Assembly: GCA_964652615.1 (NCBI GenBank)
Contig: CAZZAT010000001.1
Span: 217,886 to 281,885 of the forward strand
Reading direction: 5' to 3'
DNA from: an uncultured Candidatus Saccharibacteria bacterium
GTDB lineage: Bacteria; Patescibacteriota; Minisyncoccia; Phycocordibacterales; Phycocordibacteraceae
Length of the DNA stretch: 64,000 nt
Each line of letters begins with the position of its first letter. Within the stretch, counting starts at the first letter, position 1. Both the position numbers and the translations under genes were made by a program. Under the pieces are notes generated by a model that was not told the origin of the DNA, made no database searches, and worked only from the letters and a program-made list of their open reading frames with translations. Of this stretch, positions 1-8,615 are shown in pieces.

Positions 1-946
1 AGTAGACGGCACCATGCGCAAAGGCGTTCGCAGAAAACGCTGTGTAGGCTGTATTTGCTGCAACTGCCCATGAAGCGCCAAGCGCAGCAAGGCCAGTAAG
101 CGCCATCTGTGGAAGAAGCAGGAGCGAAAGCGCGAAGATAATTGGAATCACGCCTGCCTGAAGCATGCGAATAGGAAGATAGGTTGCCGCGCCAGAAGAG
201 GTGGCTGCACCGCGTACCGCACGTGCGTATGCAATAGGGATGGTGCGCTCTGCTTCAGAAACGGTAACGACCGCGTAGATAGCAGCAAGCGCAAGAGCAC
301 CAAACCCTATGTACGCCGGAATCTGCGCCGTAGTTGCCGTAAAGAGGAGCTGGGAGAGCCCTGCAGGAACGCCTGCAATGATGCCGGCAAATATGATAAG
401 TGAAACACCGTTACCGATGCCGTACTCAGTAATAAGCTCGCCGATCCACATAAGGAGCATGGAGCCTGCAGAAACAAGGAAGACGTTTACGATGAATTCA
501 AATGGCGTAAGCGTTGAAATAATGCCTTGCGACTCAAGCAGAGTAAGGAAAGCAACGCCTTGAAGTACCGCAAGCGGCACGGTAAGCGTACGAGAAATAG
601 ACGTGAAGCGTGCACGACCAGCCTCCCCTTCCTCGCTGTACATACGCTTTACTGCAGGAAAGATAACGGTTGCAAGCTGCATCACGATAGACGCAGTAAT
701 GTAGGGACCAACGCCGAGCATCATGATAGAGAGCGTTGCGAACCCGCCGCCCGAGAAAAGCGAGAGAAGGCCGAAGAACTGGTTGTTCTGGAAGAACTGT
801 GCAAGCGCTATCGGGTCAACACCTGGAATAGGTACTGCTGCAAGAAGGCGGAAGAGTGCAATTGCGCCAAGGATAAAGAGAAGGCGCATCCGAATGACCG
901 GATCCCCTATGATGAGCTTTGCTTTCCGGAGTGCAAGGCTTGCCAT
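1..946 (-). CDS. secY: preprotein translocase SecY, N-terminal part (gene runs off window start)
   Basis: Reverse-strand ATG at 944-946 just downstream of rplO. Translation MASLALRKAKLIIGDP... contains GIGNGVSLIIFAGI and MLQAGVIPIIFA SecY-type motifs. No stop before the window edge. Confidence 0.85.
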   Translation of the reverse strand, partial: MASLALRKAKLIIGDPVIRMRLLFILGAIALFRLLAAVPIPGVDPIALAQFFQNNQFFGLLSLFSGGGFATLSIMMLGVGPYITASIVMQLATVIFPAVKRMYSEEGEAGRARFTSISRTLTVPLAVLQGVAFLTLLESQGIISTLTPFEFIVNVFLVSAGSMLLMWIGELITEYGIGNGVSLIIFAGIIAGVPAGLSQLLFTATTAQIPAYIGFGALALAAIYAVVTVSEAERTIPIAYARAVRGAATSSGAATYLPIRMLQAGVIPIIFALSLLLLPQMALTGLAALGASWAVAANTAYTAFSANAFAHGAVY

Positions 947-953
947 ATAGGTA

Positions 954-1400
954 TTAGAGGGCTGAACCTCCTGCTTTTTCTATCGCCGCTTTCGCGCTCT
1001 CGGAGAGAACGACATTTGATACAGAAAACGCTTTCGTGAGCGTACCTGTACCAAGCAGCTTCACCTTTGGAAGGCGCCCTGCGCGCTTCGTGACGAGCTT
1101 TGCCTTTGCGAGCACTGCTGGCGTAATGGTTGCGCCTGCATCAAAGAAAGCCTCGAGTGCAGCAATGTTTACGACAGCAAACGGCTTCACGACACGTACG
1201 GTGCGTGCACGATTCTTGCCGTGGCCGCGACGCTTTGGAAGCTTCTTAATAAGGTCGCGCATTTCAGGGCGCATCTTGCGTCCTGAACGAGCCTTCTGGC
1301 CTTTCATACCACGACCAGAGGTTTTGCCGCGCTTACCACCACGACCAACTCGTGCAGAGGTGGTGCGCTTGCTTTTAGCCTTAAGGGTGTGTGCTTGCAT
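954..1400 (-). CDS. rplO: 50S ribosomal protein L15
   Basis: 148-aa ORF, Gly/Lys/Arg-rich N-terminus (GRGGKRGKTSGRG) typical of L15. Lies between rpsE and secY as in the spc operon. Confidence 0.95.
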   Translation of the reverse strand: MQAHTLKAKSKRTTSARVGRGGKRGKTSGRGMKGQKARSGRKMRPEMRDLIKKLPKRRGHGKNRARTVRVVKPFAVVNIAALEAFFDAGATITPAVLAKAKLVTKRAGRLPKVKLLGTGTLTKAFSVSNVVLSESAKAAIEKAGGSAL

Positions 1401-1401
1401 A

Positions 1402-1968
1402 TTAGGAAAGTTTACGAAGTGCCTCTATTGTTGCACGAGCAATAGTGAGCTTGTTCTTAGTGCGCGAAAGAATCTTGCCAACGATATCCTTTGCACCAGC
1501 AAGTTCAAGCACGGTGCGCATTGCAGAACCCGCAACAAGACCGCGGCCAGGAGATGGTACAAGCGTGAGTACAGACGAGGAGTAGACTGCAGATACCTCG
1601 TGCGCAATAGTGCCTTCCTTGGTAAACGGAACGGTGATGAGATGGCGCTTTGCGTCTCGTACTGCCTTATCAATAGCAAGTGCTGTGTCTGCGCCCTTGC
1701 CAATACCAACACCAACGCGCCCCTTACGATCACCAATAACAACCGTAACGCTAAAGGAGAAGCGGCGACCACCGGCCATAACGCGGGCAACGCGGCGCAC
1801 CTCAATGTTTACCTGATCGAATTCACTGCGTTCACGAGGAGCGCGTTCGCGAGGACGGCCGCCAGTGCGTCCGCGTCCGCGAGGAGCGCGTTCAGGACGA
1901 CCTGTTTGCGCCTGTGCTTCAGCAGCTTCGGTTTCTTTTACTTCTGGAGTTGTGATGGGATCAGTCAT
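1402..1968 (-). CDS. rpsE: 30S ribosomal protein S5
   Basis: Start at internal ATG (MTDPITT...). Has the S5 dsRBD-like and C-terminal domains (VGDRKGRVGVGIGKG...). Stop lies 2 nt from the rplO start. Confidence 0.93.
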   Translation of the reverse strand: MTDPITTPEVKETEAAEAQAQTGRPERAPRGRGRTGGRPRERAPRERSEFDQVNIEVRRVARVMAGGRRFSFSVTVVIGDRKGRVGVGIGKGADTALAIDKAVRDAKRHLITVPFTKEGTIAHEVSAVYSSSVLTLVPSPGRGLVAGSAMRTVLELAGAKDIVGKILSRTKNKLTIARATIEALRKLS

Positions 1969-1975
1969 ACGCGTA

Positions 1976-2320
1976 TTAGAAAGTAAGGCCCGCTTCACGA
2001 GCAGCATCTGCAAGACCCTTAATCTGGGCAGCATAGGCATAGCCGCCGCGATCAAAGACAACGGTAGAAATACCTGCCTTCTTCGCGCGCTCACCAATAG
2101 CCTTCCCTACCGCCTTTGCCTGTACAGAAAGTGCTCCAGGAAATTCACGGCCATGAGCCTGCGCAAGTGTCTTGCCTGCAACGTCATCAATAAGCTGTGC
2201 AGACACAAAGCGGTTTGAACGGAAGACTGCAAGACGAGGACGTTCTGCAGTACCCGAAATCTTCGCGCGGATGCGCTTATGACGGCTTATGCGTGACGTT
2301 GTTTTTGAGAGAGTTGCCAT
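1976..2320 (-). CDS. rplR: 50S ribosomal protein L18
   Basis: 114 aa; [11 protein letters not shown]... and [21 protein letters not shown] are classic L18. Confidence 0.95.
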   Translation of the reverse strand: MATLSKTTSRISRHKRIRAKISGTAERPRLAVFRSNRFVSAQLIDDVAGKTLAQAHGREFPGALSVQAKAVGKAIGERAKKAGISTVVFDRGGYAYAAQIKGLADAAREAGLTF

Positions 2321-2326
2321 AAAAGA

Positions 2327-2860
2327 CTAGACGGCTTTCTTGCCCTGCTTGCGGATAATCGTCTCACCTTCGTACTGAATACCTTTACCAAGGTACGGTT
2401 CCGGAGGCTTTATCGCACGCACCTCTGCAGCGAACTGTCCGACGAGCTGCTTATCAGCACCTTCGATGGTAATGACGTTCTTTGCAACGGTTGCCGTAAG
2501 ACCCTCGGGAACCGTAAGCGCCACCGGATGCGAGAAGCCAACGGCAAAGACAAGCTCCTTTCCTTTCTGCTCTACCTTGTAGCCAACGCCGTTAAGGATG
2601 AGTGTCTTCTTAAACGGCGTCTCTACGCCCGCAATCATCGCTTTTGTGTGCGCTGCAAATGTTCCGGTAAGAGCCTTTGCAAGCTTGGTGTTGTTCTTTG
2701 GACTTACCGTAACGCCCTCTGCTCCTACCGCTATCTCAACAAAAGAATGTATCGCGCGTGAAAGCGTCTCCTTTACTCCCTTTACGGTAAGGGTGCCGTC
2801 AGCGGCCGTGACGGTCACTTTAGCGGGGATGCTGATAGGTTTTTTTGCAAGGCGTGACAT
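2327..2860 (-). CDS. rplF: 50S ribosomal protein L6
   Basis: 177 aa; MSRLAKKPISIP...VKGVKETL..., with the duplicated L6 domain. Confidence 0.95.
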   Translation of the reverse strand: MSRLAKKPISIPAKVTVTAADGTLTVKGVKETLSRAIHSFVEIAVGAEGVTVSPKNNTKLAKALTGTFAAHTKAMIAGVETPFKKTLILNGVGYKVEQKGKELVFAVGFSHPVALTVPEGLTATVAKNVITIEGADKQLVGQFAAEVRAIKPPEPYLGKGIQYEGETIIRKQGKKAV

Positions 2861-2869
2861 AGAAAAGTA

Positions 2870-3262
2870 TTACCAGATCTGGAAGAGGGTCTCGCCGCCA
2901 AGATGGAGCTTGCGCGCCTCGCGGTCGGAGAGAATGCCCTTTGGCGTTGAAAGGATGAGTGCGCCCATGCCGTTTTTCACCGAGTGTGCCTCACGTGCAG
3001 GAGCATAAAGGCGACGACCTGGCTTTGATACGCGCTTCACATCACGAATCTTATGCTCGCCACGTTCGTTGTATGCAAGCACTACTTCAAGCGTCTTTGG
3101 TTCTTTTTTTGAAACAGAAACCTCCGCAACAAAACCAAGATCACGAAGCTTCTTTGCAACTGCCTCAAGGTGGTTGCTGTGTGCAACTGCAACAGAAGTC
3201 TTACCGATTGCTCCGGCATTCTTTAGACGAATGATGAAATCTCCAACGCGGTCAGAAGTCAT
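2870..3262 (-). CDS. rpsH: 30S ribosomal protein S8
   Basis: 130 aa; DFIIRLKNAGAIGK... and the C-terminal STPKGILSDREARKLHLGGE are S8 signatures. Confidence 0.95.
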   Translation of the reverse strand: MTSDRVGDFIIRLKNAGAIGKTSVAVAHSNHLEAVAKKLRDLGFVAEVSVSKKEPKTLEVVLAYNERGEHKIRDVKRVSKPGRRLYAPAREAHSVKNGMGALILSTPKGILSDREARKLHLGGETLFQIW

Positions 3263-3266
3263 AGTA

Positions 3267-3536
3267 TTACCAAGAAGCTTTTTTTACGCCTGGCACTTTG
3301 CCGTCGCGAGCAAGCTCACGAAACTGGATACGGGAGAGGCCGAAAGCACGAATGTAGCCGCGTCCACGTCCTGAAAGAGAGCAGCGGTTTTTAATGCGAA
3401 CAGGAGACGAGTTTTTCGGCAGTTTCTGGAGGCCTTCAGAATCTCCGGCAGCCTTAAGAGCCGCGCGCTTTGCAGCGTACTTCGCTACAAGCTTTTCGCG
3501 CTTCTGGTTTCGGGCGATTTGAGACCGTTTTGCCAT
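3267..3536 (-). CDS. rpsN: 30S ribosomal protein S14 (long, ~89-aa form)
   Basis: Internal ATG giving [28 protein letters not shown]...[24 protein letters not shown]. The upstream ORF extension has no S14 similarity. Confidence 0.9.
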   Translation of the reverse strand: MAKRSQIARNQKREKLVAKYAAKRAALKAAGDSEGLQKLPKNSSPVRIKNRCSLSGRGRGYIRAFGLSRIQFRELARDGKVPGVKKASW

Positions 3537-3645
3537 GAAAGAGTTAAAGAAAAAGCCGCTTTCGCGTCCTGCTACATTACCAATTCCTCTAGGGGGTGTC
3601 AAACAGAGAAGGGGCGGTCCGGGAAACCCAGTCCACCCCTCCCTT

Positions 3646-4032
3646 CTACCAGCGCAAAAGGCTAAATTCTGGTCCATCAAGATCATGCTCGGTAGACCCG
3701 AATCCTTGCCCTGTACGGTACTGAACATCGGTGTTCCGGTAGCGTACCTCGATACCGCCAGCATCAAAGAGCCGGATACGGGTGATGGTGGACCTGTCGC
3801 CCCCCATCCCCTCTTCTTGGCGCACCTCCACACGAGGAACCTCCCGAGAAGCGACGCTTTCGTACGCAAGTGGCATCTCTTGGACACCAATAATGACGAT
3901 GATGTCAGCGCTCCGCGGAATTCTCACCGGCTCTTCAAAGCTCGGCTCAAAATCTGCGGCAATGGACGCTTCCTGTCCTGATGCAAGTCCCGGCAGCGCG
4001 GCAAGCGCTCCAGCAAGAAAAAGAACTTTCAT
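3646..4032 (-). CDS. small secreted protein (signal peptide), unknown function
   Basis: 128-aa ORF with N-terminal signal-like [23 protein letters not shown] and an adjacent GGAGAAGGAGG RBS. Ends in an aromatic residue (LLRW). Inserted between rplE and rpsN. Confidence 0.5.
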   Translation of the reverse strand: MKVLFLAGALAALPGLASGQEASIAADFEPSFEEPVRIPRSADIIVIIGVQEMPLAYESVASREVPRVEVRQEEGMGGDRSTITRIRLFDAGGIEVRYRNTDVQYRTGQGFGSTEHDLDGPEFSLLRW

Positions 4033-4151
4033 CCTCCTTCTCCTTTCTTTCTTATCTAGCGAAGGATACTCATGACCTTACGCCTACACTACCCGAAGTC
4101 AATGTGGCTTGGTGCATACAAAAAGGCGCGCTCTGACGAGCGCGCCTTCCC

Positions 4152-4838
4152 TTAGAATCGCCACGCGGCTTTTGCCGCAACGTACTCTTCGTTTAGTTGT
4201 ACCCCTCCGACCTCTGCCTCTCGACAGAACCAGCCCACTGACACGCGTACTTCGCTTTCGCGAAACGCATGCGTGTAGCCAAGGTCGATGTATGTGCCTT
4301 CGTACCCCGAGTCAAGCCGTGAGAGGCCCGCCTCAAGGTCGATAGGGCCGAATTCGGTGCGAACGAAAACGGCATCAGTCGTGTCTTCGTAGTCATTCTC
4401 ACCGATATAGCGCTGATGAGAGATGCCTGCTTCAAACGGACCAAGGGAGAATGTAATGCTCCCTCCTGCCGTCCACGTGGTGCCAGTGCCTTGATAGTGG
4501 AAGACGCCGGCATTTGCTTCAAGAGTGAGCGGTCCGAGCGCTTCTTCTCGGGCGAACTCGAGCGAGGCGCCCGTGGAGTTTTCATCCACCCCAACATAGA
4601 GGCCAAGCGTACTTACGATACCGTCTGGCCAGTCCGGATTGTCGACGAGACAATAGCCATACGGATCTCCTGAATTCACCATAAGGTCTTGCAGGAACAG
4701 GTCTTGCGACCCAACCCCACATTCCCTATCGAATGGCGAAGGCGCAACAAGAAGATCTTCTCCTTGCGCGCGCACAGTCGTGGCGGAAGCCACTGCTGCC
4801 GCAAGTGTTCCGAAAAAAAGAGCGTGTCGAGTGCTCAT
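4152..4838 (-). CDS. secreted beta-barrel-like protein (candidate outer-membrane protein, OmpW/MipA-like size)
   Basis: 228 aa. Signal peptide MSTRHALFFGTLAAAVASATTVRA|QGE. Alternating hydrophobic strands (TYIDLGYTHAF, EVRVSVGWF). C-terminus ...YVAAKAAWRF with terminal Phe, as in OM beta-barrels. GGGAGGG RBS 6 nt upstream. Confidence 0.55.
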   Translation of the reverse strand: MSTRHALFFGTLAAAVASATTVRAQGEDLLVAPSPFDRECGVGSQDLFLQDLMVNSGDPYGYCLVDNPDWPDGIVSTLGLYVGVDENSTGASLEFAREEALGPLTLEANAGVFHYQGTGTTWTAGGSITFSLGPFEAGISHQRYIGENDYEDTTDAVFVRTEFGPIDLEAGLSRLDSGYEGTYIDLGYTHAFRESEVRVSVGWFCREAEVGGVQLNEEYVAAKAAWRF

Positions 4839-4876
4839 CTATAGCCCTCCCGCAGCTCCTATGCTGCTTACATATT

Positions 4877-4904
4877 ATTATACCTATATTGTACCCTATG
4901 TCAA
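4877..4904 (-). promoter_or_regulatory. sigma70-like promoter (TTGACA-16 nt-TATAAT) for the inserted beta-barrel gene
   Basis: Minus-strand TTGACAtagggtacaatataggTATAAT immediately after the rplE terminator hairpin. Confidence 0.45.
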
Positions 4905-4939
4905 ACACCACCCCGCCTGTAGGCGGGGTGGTGTTTTTC
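4904..4939. terminator. rho-independent terminator after rplE (bidirectional hairpin)
   Basis: caccaccccgcc-tgta-ggcggggtggtg stem followed by TTTTT, located 3' of the rplE stop. Confidence 0.6.
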
Positions 4940-4947
4940 AGGTTGCC

Positions 4948-5481
4948 CTACTTCTTAAACGGAACGCCAAGATGCGTAAAGAACGCAAGCGCCTCGTCGC
5001 GACTCTTTGCAGAGGTAACAACCGTTATTGCTAGACCGAAGATGTCCTTAAGGTCTTCATCGGGAGTTTCAGGGAAAATCGTATGCTCCTTGATGCCGAT
5101 AGTCATATTGCCCATGCCGTCTACCGCGGAAGCATTAATGCCACGGAAGTCGCGCGTGCGCGGAAGCGCGATATGGATGAGCTTATCAAGGAAGTCATAC
5201 ATGCGTCCTCCACGAAGCGTCACTTGGTATCCAACTACTTCTCCTTCGCGCACCTTAAACTGCGCAATCGACTGACGAGCAGGACGTGCTGAAGGCTTCT
5301 GGCCTGTGATTGTCGTGAGGCGATCGTTAACGAGTGCAAGCTGCTGCTTGTCGCGCTTCTTTCCAACGCCTGTGGAGATAACTACCTTCTCAATGCGAGG
5401 GGCTGCCATGCGGTTCTTATACCCCATCGACGGAGCGAGGGCTTCAAAGGCGGTCTGCTGTTTTTGTTTTGAAAGCATCAT
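4948..5481 (-). CDS. rplE: 50S ribosomal protein L5
   Basis: 177 aa; RLTTITGQKP...GYQVTLRGGRMYDFLDKLI...PRTRDFRG are L5 signatures. Confidence 0.95.
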   Translation of the reverse strand: MMLSKQKQQTAFEALAPSMGYKNRMAAPRIEKVVISTGVGKKRDKQQLALVNDRLTTITGQKPSARPARQSIAQFKVREGEVVGYQVTLRGGRMYDFLDKLIHIALPRTRDFRGINASAVDGMGNMTIGIKEHTIFPETPDEDLKDIFGLAITVVTSAKSRDEALAFFTHLGVPFKK

Positions 5482-5492
5482 ACGATTATTTC

Positions 5493-5813
5493 TTAGCGCG
5501 AGGGAGGCGTTACGAGTGCAACATTTGATGCGTGTATTGGCATAGGGCGCTCAACGATACGGCCTGACTGTCCGCGGCCGGTAGAGCGCAGATGACGCTT
5601 TACCATACCAACACCATCAACGACAACCTTGTTTTCGCGTGGAAGAGCGCGAAGCACTTCACCTGTCTTTCCTTTATCTTTGCCAGAAAGAATCTTTACG
5701 GTGTCCCCCTTCTTTACCTTAAGCTTCACTGCATCAGGACGCACGCCAAAGACGCGCTTCTTTGAAACGAATTTCTGGCTGTTCTTTCTCTGGAGTCCTT
5801 TGTTCTTTTTCAT
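5493..5813 (-). CDS. rplX: 50S ribosomal protein L24
   Basis: 106 aa; KOW-type KKGDTVKILSGKDKGKTGEV. Confidence 0.93.
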   Translation of the reverse strand: MKKNKGLQRKNSQKFVSKKRVFGVRPDAVKLKVKKGDTVKILSGKDKGKTGEVLRALPRENKVVVDGVGMVKRHLRSTGRGQSGRIVERPMPIHASNVALVTPPSR

Positions 5814-5815
5814 AC

Positions 5816-6193
5816 TTAGACAATTTCAGGAGCCAAGGAGGCAATATTCTGCCAGCCGCGCTCGGTCAATTCGCGAGCAACAGGACCGAAGACACGGTTC
5901 CCTTTTGGACCAAGCTCCTTACCCTGCTTCTCGATAATAACGACAGCATTGTCGTCAAAGCGGATGTAGGAGCCATTTGCACGACGAAACGCGCTCTTCT
6001 GGCGCACGACAACAGCGCGTACGACATCTTTCTTCTTTACTGCCTTGCGTGGCTCTGCAGTCTGAATGGAAATAACGACCGTGTCGCCAAGTCCTGCATA
6101 GCGGCGCTTGCTACCGCCAAGCACCTTGAACACGCGTCCGACTTTTGCGCCGGTGTTGTCTGCAACAGTAACGATGGAGCGGTCTTGGATCAT
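5816..6193 (-). CDS. rplN: 50S ribosomal protein L14
   Basis: 125 aa; MIQDRSIVTVADNTGAK...GSYIRFDDNAVV is classic L14. Confidence 0.95.
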   Translation of the reverse strand: MIQDRSIVTVADNTGAKVGRVFKVLGGSKRRYAGLGDTVVISIQTAEPRKAVKKKDVVRAVVVRQKSAFRRANGSYIRFDDNAVVIIEKQGKELGPKGNRVFGPVARELTERGWQNIASLAPEIV

Positions 6194-6196
6194 AGG

Positions 6197-6454
6197 CTAT
6201 GCGGCAAGTTTAAATGACTTGTGCTTTGAGATAGGGCGGCACGCAACAATCGTCACCTTCTGCCCTACTTCAACCGTATTGCCTGGATCATGCACAAGAT
6301 ATTTCTTGGTGCGCGTCTGGTACTTCTTGTATTTTGGATGCTTCACATAGCGGGAAACAGCGACCGTAGCTGTGTCCTTCATCGCTGTCTTTACGACAAC
6401 GCCTTTGAAGCTCTGGGGACGGGTGGTGGTGGTAGTCATACGGTTATGCATCAA
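6197..6454 (-). CDS. rpsQ: 30S ribosomal protein S17
   Basis: 85-aa ORF; KGVVVKTAMKDTATVAVSRYVKHPKYKKY... is an S17 OB-fold sequence. The exact start among N-terminal Met codons is uncertain. Confidence 0.88.
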   Translation of the reverse strand: MMHNRMTTTTTRPQSFKGVVVKTAMKDTATVAVSRYVKHPKYKKYQTRTKKYLVHDPGNTVEVGQKVTIVACRPISKHKSFKLAA

Positions 6455-6626
6455 GGGTGGTCATAATGCGCGCAATATCTTTGCGGACCTTTGAAGGCGC
6501 ATTGGTATCTTTCGGGCGTGCGCCTGCAGCTTCAAAACGAAGCTTGCGAAGCTCTTCGCGCTTCTCGGCAAGAAGCTTCATGAGCTCTGCCTGATTCTTA
6601 TCTTTTAGTGAAAGTTTCTTGCTCAT
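6444..6626 (-). CDS. rpmC: 50S ribosomal protein L29
   Basis: 60 aa; LKDKNQAELMKLLAEKREELRKLRFE is the L29 helix. Confidence 0.9.
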   Translation of the reverse strand: MSKKLSLKDKNQAELMKLLAEKREELRKLRFEAAGARPKDTNAPSKVRKDIARIMTTLDA

Positions 6627-6630
6627 ACGT

Positions 6631-7050
6631 TTAGCGGGTGATGACGGTCGTCTTTACCGGAAGCTTGGACGCTGCACGGCGCATCGCATCACGAGCAGTA
6701 GCATCAGCAACGCCATCGAGCTCGAAAAGCACGCGACCTGGACGCACTTCAAACACGAAGTACTTGGGATCTCCCTTACCGCTACCCATGCCCACTTCTG
6801 CAGGCTTTTGGGTGATGGGACGGTCTGGGAAGATGCGGATCCAGAGCTTACCACCCTTACCGGTAACGCGGGTGAGCACTTTACGAGCAGCCTCTATTTG
6901 GTTTGAGGTGACACGCGCTGCAGTCGTCGCCTTCATACCGTGGGAACCAAACGCAACCGTGATGCCGCGCGTATCAGGACGTGCGAGCTTCTCCGGAGAC
7001 TTTCGTCCCGTCTGCCACTTTCTGTGTTTTACTTTTTTAGGAAATAGCAT
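6631..7050 (-). CDS. rplP: 50S ribosomal protein L16
   Basis: 139 aa; MLFPKKVKHRKWQTGR...GKGDPKYFVFEVRPGRVLFEL. Confidence 0.95.
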   Translation of the reverse strand: MLFPKKVKHRKWQTGRKSPEKLARPDTRGITVAFGSHGMKATTAARVTSNQIEAARKVLTRVTGKGGKLWIRIFPDRPITQKPAEVGMGSGKGDPKYFVFEVRPGRVLFELDGVADATARDAMRRAASKLPVKTTVITR

Positions 7051-7061
7051 GGCAAAAAGTA

Positions 7062-7778
7062 TTAGCGAGAACGGCCGCCGGTGCGCGCAGGAGCAGCTGC
7101 AGGCGCTGCGCCCATCTCTTTCTTAGAAAAGGTATCGCCCTCATAGATCCAGACTTTGATGCCGATCTGGCCGTACGGAAGATGCGCCTCGGTATGTGCG
7201 TAATTAATGTTTGCGCGGAACGTCTGAAGCGGAATGCGGCCACGCATAATGCGCTCGGTGCGACTCATGTCAGCGCCACCAAGGCGACCGGAGACGACAA
7301 TACGCACACCAACCACTTCGCGAACTGCCATCACCTTCTCAACGGTTGATTTCAAGACACGGCGAAACGGCATGCGCTTCTCAAGACCTTCGGCAATCAT
7401 CTGGCCGACGACAGAAGCGTTGGTTTCTGGCTGGCGGATTTCCATGATGTCGAACTTCACGGTGCGGTTGTGTTTAGGTGCTGTGCGCTTCACCAAATCT
7501 GCAAGCTCTTTGCGGAGCTTGCCAGCGTTCTCACCAGAGCGGCCAATAACAAGGCCTGGGCGGGCAGTATGAAGCACAACGCGAAGCTCGCTTTCGGAGC
7601 GTTCAATTTCAATGTCAGCAACGTGAGCACCCTTCAACTTCTTTACGAGGTATGCGCGGAGTGTTGCATCCACCTTGAGGTTCTCGCGGTAGCTCTTCTT
7701 ATCAAGAGCAAACCAGCGGCTCTTCCAGTCGCGGATGATGCCGAGGCGGTGGGCGTAGGGATGTACGGTGTGAGTCAT
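7062..7778 (-). CDS. rpsC: 30S ribosomal protein S3
   Basis: 238 aa; KH domain region HPYAHRLGIIRDWKSRWF.... Confidence 0.95.
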   Translation of the reverse strand: MTHTVHPYAHRLGIIRDWKSRWFALDKKSYRENLKVDATLRAYLVKKLKGAHVADIEIERSESELRVVLHTARPGLVIGRSGENAGKLRKELADLVKRTAPKHNRTVKFDIMEIRQPETNASVVGQMIAEGLEKRMPFRRVLKSTVEKVMAVREVVGVRIVVSGRLGGADMSRTERIMRGRIPLQTFRANINYAHTEAHLPYGQIGIKVWIYEGDTFSKKEMGAAPAAAPARTGGRSR

Positions 7779-7787
7779 AGCGAAGTA

Positions 7788-8156
7788 TTAGCCAAGTTCT
7801 ACCACAACCTGCGAGCGGCGGCGACGTATCGGAGTTGCACGACCATGGGCACGCGGCATATAGCGAACAATCATGCCTGCAGAGTCTACGCGAATGCTTT
7901 TGACGCGGAGCTCTTCCGGCTTCTCGCCGCGCGTCTTTGCGTTTGCCGCAGCAGAAGCGATGAGCTTTTTGATTGGGTCTGCAGCGCGCTTTGGAAGAAA
8001 CGCGAGAGCGGTAAGCGCTTCAGGCACCTTCTTGCCTTTTACCAAATCGGTAACAAGACGCACTTTGCGAGGCGTCTGGTTGTGGGTGCGTATCGAAGCA
8101 GTCGCCTTAGGCGCCTCCTTTACAACCCTATTCTTCATGAGTCCTTTAGATGCCAT
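7788..8156 (-). CDS. rplV: 50S ribosomal protein L22
   Basis: 122 aa; ...PRKVRLVTDLVKGKKVPEALTALAF... is L22. Confidence 0.93.
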   Translation of the reverse strand: MASKGLMKNRVVKEAPKATASIRTHNQTPRKVRLVTDLVKGKKVPEALTALAFLPKRAADPIKKLIASAAANAKTRGEKPEELRVKSIRVDSAGMIVRYMPRAHGRATPIRRRRSQVVVELG

Positions 8157-8159
8157 ATG

Positions 8160-8501
8160 CTATTTCTTTGCGGCAGGAGCCTCCTTTGCAGCCTTTGCAG
8201 CGGCTATTTCAGAGTCTTTCTTCTTCTGCTCAAGCTCCTTCTGCATCTTACCGCCGTGGCGAAGGAACTTCTTCGTAGGTGAAAACTCGCCAAGCTTGTG
8301 GCCCACCATGTCCTCGGTAATGAGAACGTCCACATGGGTCTTGCCGTTGTGGACGCCAAAGGTGAAACCAACGAATTCAGGAGCGATAGCGGAAGCACGG
8401 GCCCATGTCTTAATAACCCCAGCAGATGCCGGTTTCTTATCCGCAACCTTCTTCATCAACTTAACGTCGACGTAGGGTCCTTTTTTAAGTGATCGAGACA
8501 T
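8160..8501 (-). CDS. rpsS: 30S ribosomal protein S19
   Basis: 113 aa; [12 protein letters not shown]...[18 protein letters not shown], with a Lys/Ala-rich tail. Confidence 0.95.
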   Translation of the reverse strand: MSRSLKKGPYVDVKLMKKVADKKPASAGVIKTWARASAIAPEFVGFTFGVHNGKTHVDVLITEDMVGHKLGEFSPTKKFLRHGGKMQKELEQKKKDSEIAAAKAAKEAPAAKK

Positions 8502-8514
8502 GTAATGAAAAGCC

Positions 8515-8534
8515 CCTGCCTACCTGCAGGCAGG
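8515..8534. promoter_or_regulatory. 20-bp palindrome in the divergent intergenic region between rpsS and the inserted plus-strand gene
   Basis: cctgcc-tacctgca-ggcagg (core ctgcag). It sits in the rpsS 5' leader. rpsS needs its own promoter here because a terminator follows rplB. Confidence 0.3.
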
Positions 8535-8615
8535 AGCCTACCAAGGGAAGAGGATTGAAGAAATATATAGGAATCCTTAGGGAGTGTCAAACGAGGCCTC
8601 CTTCATCATTTCCCC

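Noticed and set aside
1036-1986. Long antisense ORFs opposite ribosomal protein genes (also 7470-8282, 13592-14269, 16501-16908 and others)
   Set aside because: They are shadow ORFs, typical of GC-rich coding DNA. They fully overlap confidently identified genes on the other strand.
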